Shown here piece by piece: positions 1-10,500 of a DNA stretch of 64,000 nucleotides (the first letter of the stretch is position 1; each line of letters starts with the position of its first letter). Below the pieces are notes generated by a model. It worked only from the letters and a program-made list of their open reading frames with translations, ran no database searches and was not told the DNA's origin. The position numbers and the translations under genes were made by a program. Source of the stretch: Eledone cirrhosa (taxonomy: Eukaryota). Location of the stretch: assembly GCA_964016885.1 (NCBI GenBank), contig OZ024744.1, forward strand, positions 69,192,001-69,256,000, written 5' to 3'.

Positions 1-1378
1 TTAAGGAACCTGGCACGGGTGGGGCTCTGATCAACTTGGATCAATCCAAAGCATTCGATAGGGTCGACCATCGGTACCTGGCGGCGATCCTCGAGGCAGT
101 CGGTTTCGGGCCCGTTTTCAGGGGTTGCATTGCTGCGATGTACAGCAACATCTGCTCAGTTGTGAGGGTGAACGGTCACCTGTCGCAGCCATTCAGCATC
201 ATGCGCTCTGTCCGCCAGGGTTGTCCCCTCTCGTCCCTCTTATACGTATTGGCTCTCGAGCCGTTACTGCACAAACTGGGGGCGATGAGGGGCGTCCCAC
301 ACGAACTTGGATGCAGGAAATCCGATCGGCTTTCGCCGACGACGTCACGTTGGTGATATCGAGCACCAAACACGTCCAGATGCTCGGCACCGCCCTCAAG
401 GAATACGAAGCGGTGACAAGAACAAAGATAAACCAGGAAAAGTCGGTGGGCTTGCAGCTCGGCACCTGGAGAGGAAAGTCCATGCCGTCCGACAGCGTCG
501 AGGGTCGTTGGACGGACGGACCGGTTAAATTGCTCGGTGTTTGGTTCGGACCGGACCTCCAGATGAAGAAAAGCTGGAGCGAGGTGACGAGCAAGGTGGC
601 CTCCCTCACCCAGAAATGGGCCGAGAGGAAGCGGTCTCTGAAAGGCCGAGCGGAGGTGGCGAATGCGTACATCGCATCCGTCATCTGCTACCGCCTCACC
701 GTCATCCCTTGCTCCGGCCCAACTCTCACTAAAATGGAGCGCCTCCTCTTCCGCTTTTTGTGGAACGGACGCGCTCCCATGGTCAGACGATCCATCTGCT
801 GTCAACACCCGTTGCGTGGAGGACTGAGCATGCCATGGCTGATGATGCGCAAACATGCGCTGAGGCTGCGACATCTCTGGTGCTTCCTTGAAGGTGAACG
901 GGTGTGGTCGCCGTTCGCCAGGAACGTTTTCCCACAGCTCGTCTCCTTGACGGAGCTGCAGTCCTGGGTCAGGAAAAGACTGAGGGATAGCGCTTGGAAA
1001 CTGGAATGCCTCCAGGCGCTCACTGCTCTCTGCCAGCCGGGCACCAGTATCGGTGGAACATCCACCTCGGCGTTCTATTGAGGACTAGAGGCGGGGAAGA
1101 GCGACGACGTTCCCGGAGAGATCCTGGGCGTCGAAGATCAGCTGTCTGCTCTCTTCCGGAGAACTTTCAGCCCAGGGCCTATGGATAACTTCCAAAAATC
1201 CCTGGCTTGACAGTGCTACCGGGGAGCGTTGCCAGTTCGAGATAAGCTCTACAGGCACGAAAGTGCCGCCAGCGGAGCCGGTCCTAGATGCGCGCAGAGC
1301 GCAAAACCGCCGTACACCGTCCTGTGCCGTCTGTAATGTTTTTCTTGATGTCAGCTCTTGTGGCCAATAAAGAAATCA
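1..1378 (+). mobile_element. Tx1-clade (L1 group) LINE, 3' part of ORF2 plus 3' UTR, degenerate (copy T0)
   Basis: ORFs 36-356 and 125-1081 carry RT motifs DQSKAFDRVDH, VRQGCPLS and SAFADDV, with frameshifts. Collinear with the element at 19336-25331. The C-terminus is deleted near 1310. Ends AATAAAGAAATC followed by (ATT)n. Confidence 0.9.
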
Positions 1379-1387
1379 TTATTATTA

Positions 1388-1580
1388 TTAGTAGAGGGTT
1401 TGACGCCATGCTTTCTAGCATAGTTACGTCCCTTTACAGTCTGAGTTCAAATCCCACCGAGGTTAACTTTGCCTTTCATCCTTACGGGGTCGATAAAATA
1501 AAGTACCAGTAATGTACTGGGTAATTGCTGGCCTTGTGCCTAAAGTAGAAACAATTATTATTATTATTATTATTATTATT
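1388..1580 (+). mobile_element. tRNA-derived SINE (abundant family in this window) with (ATT)n tail
   Basis: B-box-like GAGTTCAAATCCC, core GCCTTTCATCCTTACGGGGTCGATAAAATAAAGTACCAG, tail GGCCTTGTGCCTAAAGTAGAAACAATTATT. At least 8 copies or fragments in the window. Confidence 0.85.
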
Positions 1581-2244
1581 GCTGTTGGCGGTGATGATCA
1601 ATTTGCTTATTTGAAGTTCAGCTTGTGTCTGGGTGCGCTTTTTCTGAAGCCAGGATCGCCATTGATTTGTCAGGTGGAGTGTCGAATTATAATTTCTACT
1701 ATGGAATATAACGGTTTATTTGGAGGACCAATGTCTGTGTGGCTCACATGCTACGAGGTGACGATAAGAAGTACTCGAAATGAATACAACTTTCCAATTA
1801 ATTTATTTTATCCTAAAACAAATTTTTTGTGTTATTTAATGCTAATTCTGTAAGACACGGTAAAATTATGTGGCGAATTTGAATGTACAGGTCTTTCTTC
1901 TGTAGATCAGGATTTCGTTTTAAACGAAACATAAAGGTACAAAGCTTTTATATGTTTCAACATTACGCGAATCTATAAATCTAAATATGTTTGAACGACT
2001 TCCGTCCGTCACACAATGTATGTGTGTGCGTGTGTGATCTGTGTGAATGTAAGGAAGGGGATGGTAAAAAAACTATAGTAAAACAGCGATTGGCGTTCTA
2101 TTTGCTACGTTATGTATGGGTGTATGTGTATGTGTTTGTGTAAATGTATGTGTCTGTGTGCTCGTGTATATGTATATGTGTGTTTGCGTGAGTGTATGGG
2201 TATGTTTTGTGAATGTATGTCTGTGAGTGTGTATTTTTGCAAGT

Positions 2245-2825
2245 ATGTCTCTGTTTGCGCGTTTATATTTATATATTCATACATATAAATGTATGCATAT
2301 GCACATACACAAACACACACATATACACACACGCGTGCTAGTATATAAATATTCTCATTTAAACACATTCTCTGGATGCACAAAGCTAATAGTATGTAAA
2401 TTTGGTTTTGTGTTTTAACGTTGAAAATTTAATTATATTATTATTAAACGTGTTATTTGTAATATAGATTTGCTTAACAGTTTAATATTAAAGTAGAAAC
2501 TATACACAATAACATGTTTCTTGACTATGATACATGTCTCTGTTTGCGCGTTTATATTTATATATTCATACATATAAATGTATGCATATGCACATACACA
2601 AACACACACATATACACACACGCGTGCTAGTATATAAATATTCTCATTTAAGCACATTCTCTGGATGCACAAAGCTAATAGTATGTAAATTTGGTTTTGT
2701 GTTTTAACGTTGAAAATTTAATTATATTAATATTAAACGTGTTATTTGTAATATAGATTTGCTTAACAGTTTAATATTAAAGTAGAAACTATACACAATA
2801 ACATGTTTCTTGACTATGATACATG
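2245..2825. repeat. Tandem duplication, 2 x ~289 bp, AT-rich
   Basis: ATGTCTCTGTTTGCGCG starts at 2245 and again at 2534, and the two copies are nearly identical. Confidence 0.9.
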
Positions 2826-3047
2826 GAAATCCCGATTTTATATTAGTAATAATCTAATTACTTCAAACGACCTAATATAATGAGGAAAATAGTTTAATTA
2901 TTGTATAATGAGTTATATTTACCGAAATAGCGAAATAGAATTTCAAGTCTATTAATTAGCAAATTAGCAGCTGACAAAAATTAGCTTAACAATTTATTGC
3001 CATTCAATTTGGTTATTTTACCATATCTATCCGCCATTTTAAAATAA

Positions 3048-3290
3048 GTTCATTGCATCCATGCGTGTCGTAAGAGGCGACTAAAATGATCAGTTAACAT
3101 CTGATTGTAAAACAACTGCGCCAAGAAGCGTCAGCCAGCCCATGTTAGCACGGAGAACTGGATAAAGGATAAAGATCCCATAACTCCGTGTAGAGTAATA
3201 GAGGCACCGTCATATGGTGTGACTATGGCACTTTTAAACCTGGCGGAGCCCAGCCTCCTCCAAGTCTGAAGACAACCCATATTTTCTATA
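3048..3290 (+). mobile_element. Probable RTE-type 5' UTR remnant
   Basis: Contains TGCGTGTCGTAAGAGGCGACTAA, a motif I recall from RTE 5' UTRs. It parallels GTCGTTGGCGACTAA in the array units. Confidence 0.45.
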
Positions 3291-3291
3291 G

Positions 3292-3460
3292 AGGAAGAAT
3301 CGACCCCAGTACTGAACTGGTACTTTTTTTTACCAACCATGAAAGAATGAAAGGCAAAGTTGACCACAGCGGGATTTGAACTCGGAGTATGCAATGAGGT
3401 GGAACGAATATCGTAAAGCATTCTATCCGACGTCTTAATAACTCTGCCAATTCGCCAGAT
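3292..3460 (-). mobile_element. SINE, same core family, diverged
   Basis: Reverse complement reads GAGTTCAAATCCCGC...TTGCCTTTCATTC...AAGTACCAG. Confidence 0.75.
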
Positions 3461-3671
3461 AACTGGACAAAACAAAAAAGGGATAATGATCCAATATGAT
3501 TGTTGTATTTTGTCTAATTTGTTATATATTGGATTTTAAAAGTATTTCAAGTATTGGATCGGCATCTAATATCCGGGTGTCCATAAAAGCTGAAAACACA
3601 GAACACTTGGAGAGAGATATTTGAAATTACAGAGTAGATAATATATGTTACTAGCTTAATCGAGCATTGAC

Positions 3672-6600
3672 ATACATATATACATACATACACATGATGG
3701 CTGCCCCCTCGTTATCGAGTATTGCCATTGCACGAGAAAAAAAATCCCATAATAATAATAAACATATTTACACACACACACACACAATAGCAATTAACAG
3801 TGCTGCGATCGAATGTGGCTTTATAGCCCAGCCAATAATCTAAAATGTCTTGCACAGAGTTGGCAACCAAAATATTCACTGGGATTAGCCGGCTGTGGTT
3901 GGAGTTCATGTACTTTTGCATGTCGCTTGAGCCCTCCTGCTGATTTACATTCTCTACCACATGCTTGGAAGGCATGATGAGTAGCATCTCCAACAGCAGC
4001 CTGGTAGTCTACCACTGGTCTTACTTTATGACTGCGAAGATGACTTTCGAGTCCAGCTTTGCTTAGGCAGAGTCTCGCACAGACGCTGCATGTCAGCGCC
4101 ATAGGAGGACCTTCGCCGTCTGGAAATGCAACAGCAATGCCCTTCCTCACATCCCGCTTTACTTTCTCGTATGGGATTCGAGATGCCCCAAAGGCAACTT
4201 TCCCTCATATGCAGTCTTTCTCCATTTATTACAATCAACAGCAACATTTTCCCATGTATCAGCTGATATGTTAGTGTCTTTCAAAGAGGCTTTCAAGGAA
4301 TCCTTATACCTCTTTTTTGGTTTATGTGGCGGTCGTTTTCCTTTAACTAACTCTCCATAAAAGAGTTGTTTTGGTATTCTAGAATCCTTCATCCTGGCAA
4401 GGTGACCATGATAACGTTGCTTAAGCACGAGAGCTTCTATACTATCACACATAGAGATTTCCAAAATCTCGACATCACTGATGTGGTTCCTTCAGTGAAC
4501 GGCATAGATCCGTCTGAGACACATCTGAGGGAAACGCTCCAATTGCTTAAGGTGATGTCGATATATGACCCAGGTCTCGCAGGCATAAAGAAGAGAAGAA
4601 AGCACACATGCCTTGTACACCTTTACCTTTGTCTTCTTGCATATGTCTCGCCGACCCCAGAGTCGCCTTTCTAGCTTTCCGAAAGCATCACTTGCTTTCC
4701 TAATCCTGAGTGGGATTTCATTATCAAGGTTGCTGTGTCGATTGACAGTGCTTCCCAGGTAGACAAACTGATCAACCACTCCAAGTCATTTACCATACAC
4801 ATAGATATTTGGTTCACTGTACTGCTTACCAGGGGCAGGTTGGTACATGACGACGGTTTTCTTGAGACTGACAGTCAATCCTAAGGCAGTGCAACCACTA
4901 GAAAATGCATTCAAAATGTGCTGCATATCACTCTCTGTGTGCGCTACAAGATCGCAATCATCTGCATACAAGAGGTCTCTTATGATTGATGTAAATACTT
5001 TTGTTATTGCAGGAAGGCGCCTGGTGTTAAATATGCTGCCTGAGGTTCGATATTGGATGTAAACACCATGCTCGCAATTCCTGAATGCAATATAGAAAAC
5101 CATTGCAAAGTATATGGCAAACAGGGTCGGTGCTGGAATATCCCCTGTTTCAGCCATTTTTTACTGAGATAGGCTCCGACATGTTACTTCCGACATTAAC
5201 CCAAGCCTTCGTGTCGTCATGGAAAGACCTAACTAAAGCAAGGAACTTATCAGGGCAACCAAGTTTCTGGAGAACCTTCCATAATGCATTTCTGTTAACA
5301 GTATCGAAAGCTTTTGTCAGATCGACAAAAACCTGATACAGATCCAAACCTTGTTCCATGCACTTCTCCTGGAGCTGTCTATCTGAGAAGATCATATCAG
5401 TAGTGCCGTGTCCAGCACGAAAACTAGATTGACTTTCAGGAAGAACACAATCTGCAATGTGTGTCAGCAGACGCTCCAGAAGCACCCTACATAAAACTTT
5501 CCCTACGACAGAAAGCAATGTTATACCTCTGTAGGTCCCACAATCATTCTTGTTACCCGTTCCCTTGTACAAGACCACCATTACTGCATCCCTCCAGTCC
5601 TCAGGTACGTATTCATTAGCCCATATCCTGCCAAACAAAGAGTGAAGATGTTGCAGGAGTCTCTCACCACCATACTGTAAAAGCTCTGCATGTATGCCAT
5701 CCATACCTGGAGACCTTCCACTGTTCAGCTTCGAGATAGCCACTGCAACCTCCACAAGCCTTGGAGGTTCTGCGAGCGCTACTTTCACAGAACTTTCTGG
5801 AATGAGATTGAGGAAATCTTCATTGACGACAGACGGCTGATTCAAAAGCTCATGAAAGTGCTCTCGCCACCTTCGTAGAATTCCTTGTGAGTCACAAAGA
5901 AGTTCTTTGTAATCCTTGCTGCGAAGCGGTGTCACCAGAGAAGAAGACGGTCCATAAATTTCACGCAAGAGACTGTAAAACAGCTTTGTGTTATTGGAAT
6001 CTGACGCAGTTTGTATCTCATCAGCCTTCTCACTCCACCACTGATCCTTCATCTGAGAAAGACTCCGCCTAACACGTGATTTCACATCCTTGAGTTCCTT
6101 ATACAACACATTCTCCTGTGGTTTTGCTGTCAAGTAGCGTGACAGAGCACGCCTCTTATCAGTCAACAAGTCTTCTATATGTTCATTATTCTCATTAAAC
6201 CAGTCTCGATGTTTTCATTGCACCAATCCCGAACACTCCTGCCTACATCATAAACCAACTTTTTAAGGGTCGGCCAATCCTCACAAAGATCTGCAGCCTG
6301 CATCTCTTCTTCCAATGTTCTCTTCACATTTTTATCCCTAAGACGAGCAGCATTCAATCTTCTGCGCAGGGCAACACCAAGAGCCCGGATTTTACGTTTA
6401 GTGATTAGTTTCACTTTTGCGCGTACCAGGCGGTGGTCCGTCCAGCACTCAGCTCCACGAAGAGCACGAACACACTGCACATCCTGTCTGTCACGCATCC
6501 TGACTAGGACGTAGTCCAAAAGATGCCATTCCTTAGATGCAGGATGCATACATGTAGTCTTAAATTTGTTCTTTTGTTGGAACATGGTGTTTGTAAAACA

Positions 6601-7250
6601 CAGTTCCAGCTCCTCACACATCTGCAGCAGGAGCATACCATTGTTGTTACACTTTCCCACCCCATGCCTTCCGATTACATTCCATGTGTTAAAATCCCTA
6701 CCCACTCTAGCATTAAAGTCACCAAGCACGATGATTTTGTCTGCCTGAGGGATATTTCTTAAAACACCTTTCAAGGCATGGTAAAAGGACACTTTTTCTT
6801 CATCGACAGAATTCATAGTTGGAGCATACACACTCACCAGGGTCGCATATCTTCCTTTGTCCAGCAGAATTCTCATGGACATAAGACGCTCACTAATCTC
6901 TACTGGGAATTCTTCTAATGTATTCACAAGAACAGTCTTAACAGCAAATGCTACCCCAGCCTCTCTTCTGGTTCCTTCATCTCTTCCTTTCCAGAATGTA
7001 TATTCTCCACAAAATTCTGTAAGATGACCATCTCCAGTTAACCTCGTCTCAGATAAAGCTATCATGTCCAGATCGTAACGTCGAAGCTCCTTTGCAACAA
7101 GAGCGGTCCTTCGTTCAGGACGTTCCAAGGAATCCCTGTCAAGTCAAGCAGCGTCCGTACGTTCCAGCAGCCAAGACTAAATGCCTTGTTTGGCTCTATT
7201 ACAGTGACGCGATGACGAGCGGGCCCAAGCTGTGATAAACTGGGTCCCCT
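3672..7250 (-). mobile_element. RTE-clade LINE (APE + RT + three C-terminal C2H2-like fingers), near full length, frameshifted
   Basis: GCWNVRTLLD and ERRTALVAKELRRY; APE motifs LGDFNARVG, LDYVLVR, TDHRLV; RT motifs FVDLTKAFDTV and LLYADD; RIPKQLFYGEL; fingers CSVC..HLRSH, ACGREC..HAKVH, CQLC..HIRSQH. The 3' end is CTCGATAACGAG..GCAGCCATCATG followed by (TATG)n. Confidence 0.92.
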
Positions 7251-7351
7251 GCCCTTATTGCCAATTATCTCTTTCGGTCCAGAACCCTTATTGCCAATTA
7301 TCTCTTTTATATTGTTTTGGAACAACATTGATTGGGAAAAAAACAAACAAA

Positions 7352-7582
7352 GTAATAATAATAGTAACAATAATAATAAAATAATAATAATAATAATAAT
7401 TGTTTCTACTTTTGGCACAAGGCCAGCAATTACCCAGTGCATTACTGGTACTTTATTTTATCGACCCTGTAAGGATGAAAGGCAAAGTTATCCTCGGCGG
7501 GATTTGAACTCAGAATGGCAAGGACCGTAATTCTATACGTCAAAGCATGGCGTCCGCCCCTCTACCAATACTGCCAATCCAA
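7352..7582 (-). mobile_element. SINE with A/B-box-like head and (ATT)n tail
   Basis: Reverse complement reads TGGCAGTATTGGTAGAG...GAGTTCAAATCCCGCCGAGG...GCCTTTCATCCTTACAGGGTCGATAAAATAAAGTACCAG...GTAGAAACAATTATT. Confidence 0.85.
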
Positions 7583-7584
7583 TG

Positions 7585-10500
7585 ATTTCATTTATTAGCC
7601 ACAAGGGCCGACATGTAGGGGACAATGCATAGACAGGTCGAGTAAATATGCACAATGGCAAGACTGATTTAACAATGGAGATATAAAAATATAAAATAAA
7701 CTATGCATAAATATAACAAAATAAATTCCCCTATACGGGGTGGACGACCCAGGGGTGACTCAGGTACCCCACCAATCCTGAACCACCCTGCGCTTCTAGG
7801 GCACTCAGGAAGAGCACCCCTCTCCCCAAGTTAGCTAGCCTCTAGGCGCATGGTCAGAGTAGGCCCATTCACACGGGCCATTCTCGCCACATTCATCCAC
7901 CTTTTAGCAAATGTACTGGGGGGCAGTACTTCTCTCTCCACCCTCACCTTCCTTTCTGTCTTCAGTCCTTTCAATCAGGTCCACCATATAACCTCTTTTG
8001 CAACGGCCACCAGACAGGGAAATTGCCTGCACTTCCTGACCTAAGGAAGATGGCGAGTCGATCTTCACTATGGACTCGGCCGATAGCCGGATCCGTTCCA
8101 CACGCGACAAGTCAGTAATGCACGGACATTGGATAAGTTTATGCAGAACGGTTTCGTCGTTCTGTGCGCATCTTGGGCAGGTCCGTCTGACAGCACTTCC
8201 GTGTCTGTAGAGTTTATCCCGAACCAACAGTGCCCCCCCCCCCCACGATAGCACTGCCAAGCGAGGGATTTCTGTAAATTATCCATCGTCCCCGGCTCGA
8301 AAGTCCTCCGGTACAAACTGGTCAGTTCGACATCGTCGAGGCCCAAAGCTTCTCCGAGTGCGTCATCGCACTTGCCCACCACTAATCCTTTATAGAACTC
8401 GAGAGTGGAAGTTCCACTGATCGCATTGCCTGCTTGGTAGAGGGTAGTGAGTACTTGGCAACATTCCAGGTGCCAGTCAGCCAGTCTCGGTCTCTTCTTG
8501 ACCCATGAATGCAGCTCAGTCAAAGAAACGAGCTGAGGAAAGGCCCGTCTGATAAACGGCGACCACACCTGTTCACCGTTTAGGCAGAATATCTGGAGAT
8601 GTCGCAGCCTCAACGCATGGCTGCGCAACATTAGCCACGGCATGCCCAGCCCTCCACGTACAGGGTGCTGGCAGCAGATGTACCGCCTCACCAACGGAAC
8701 TTGTCCTTTCCACAAGAATTTGAAGAGGAGCCGTTCCAACTTGACGAGGCGCGGACGGGGGTAAGGCACGACGGTCAGGCGGTAGTAGATGACGGACGCG
8801 ATGTACGCATTCGCCACCTCCGCACGACCTTTCAGTGATAGCTTCCTCCCAGCCTATTTTTGGGTGAGACTGGCTACTCTGCTCGTTACCTCGTCCCAAT
8901 TCTTTTCCTCTTGGAGGTCTGGTCTGAACCAAACCCCGAGCAACTTTACGTTCCGTCCGTCCAGCGCCCCACGACGCTGTTGGACGGCATAGGCTTGCCT
9001 CTCCAGGTTCGGAGCTGCAAGTCCATCGACTTTTCCTGGTTAAGTTTGGCTCCTGTCAACCCTTCATATTCCTTCAATAAGGTACCGACCACCTCGATTT
9101 CTGAGGTGTCCGACACCATCACGGTGTTGTCGTCCGCATAAGCCGACACTGCTTTTCCATGTCCCGGTTCGAGTGGGATGCCCTGCATCAGTTCCAGCTT
9201 CCGCAGTAAAGGCTCGAGAGTCAATACGTACAGAAGGGAAGAGAGAGGGCACCCTTGACGGACCGATCAGGAGAGCCGAAATGGTTCCGAGAGGTGGCCA
9301 TTAACCTTGACCACCGAGCGTGTGCCGCTGTGCATTGCAGTGATCCAGCTTCTGAAGACAGGGCCGAAGCCAGCTGCTTTGAGGACAAACTCCAGATACC
9401 GATTGTCGACCCTGTCGAATGCTTTCGATTGATCTAAATTGATCAGTGCCCCACCGATCCAGGTTTACACCCTACCCTCTCTATGATGTATCGCATGAGG
9501 TGGAGATTGTCGTGTATGGACCTGGCTGGGATTGCACAATTTTACGCCTCCCCAACCCAATCCTCGACGACGAGCGCCAATCTCTTTGCTAAAACCTTGT
9601 CCAAAATCTTAAACTCCGTGTTGAGCAGAGTTATGGGCCTTAAATCGTCTAATGTATCCCTCTTGTTCTCGTCTTTCCTCATCAGCGTCACCACTCCCCT
9701 CTCACAGAACTGGGAATACTCCCATTCTGCTGTCAGTTGTAGTAGAGTGCTTCAAGGAGATCGGAGAACAAGTCTGGCATATTTGCGTAAAGCTCATAGG
9801 GCAGGCCATCCAAACCGGGTGACTTGCGCCTCGTGCAGCCGACAAGGGCGTCCTGAATTTCGGCTGAAGTAATCGGCCTTTCGCAGCGCTCAGCGTCGAG
9901 ATGCGCGGCAAGCCGTCAAGGTATGGACTGATATCCGCTACCCTCTCTGACCCGCCACTCTTCCCGAACAACTGAGCAAAGTGCTGGCGAAAGGTCTCAC
10001 ACATACGCTTGAAATCGCGTATCTCGTGTCCGTCTCGGTCCGCCAAAGATCGAATTGTGGTTTTATTACTACGCTGCGCCTCCGCCGCGCGGGCCCATCG
10101 AACAGCTTTGGTTTCCTCGTTTCTCAGCGCACGCGCCTTAGCTCTGACAATGCAATCTTCGTGTTTCTCATTGAAGAAATGGTCTAATGCCATTCTCGCC
10201 GTTAGAACGTCAGTTGCAATGCCACTTCAAATAGCCTCGTCTAACTTATCTACCAGTTCCCCCTCCTTTCTATTTTTCTCTAAGGCTAGTTCTTTGCTGA
10301 ACTCTATCGAAGTTACTCTAATCTCTCTTTTGAGAGCCCTCCACCATATGTTGTTGATGATCCCGCCTGTCAACTTTTGCTTAACTAAATTGTTGACTCG
10401 GTCCCTGTAAGTCTTACGTGCTGGAAATGACATGTTCAGCTTCCAGTAACCCGGTCCCAACCTACGCGTTTTATCTAGGTTGACTAAACAGATCACAAAT

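Noticed and set aside
1430-1460. tRNA genes at GAGTTCAAATCCC motifs
   Set aside because: These are SINE B boxes, and no cloverleaf forms.
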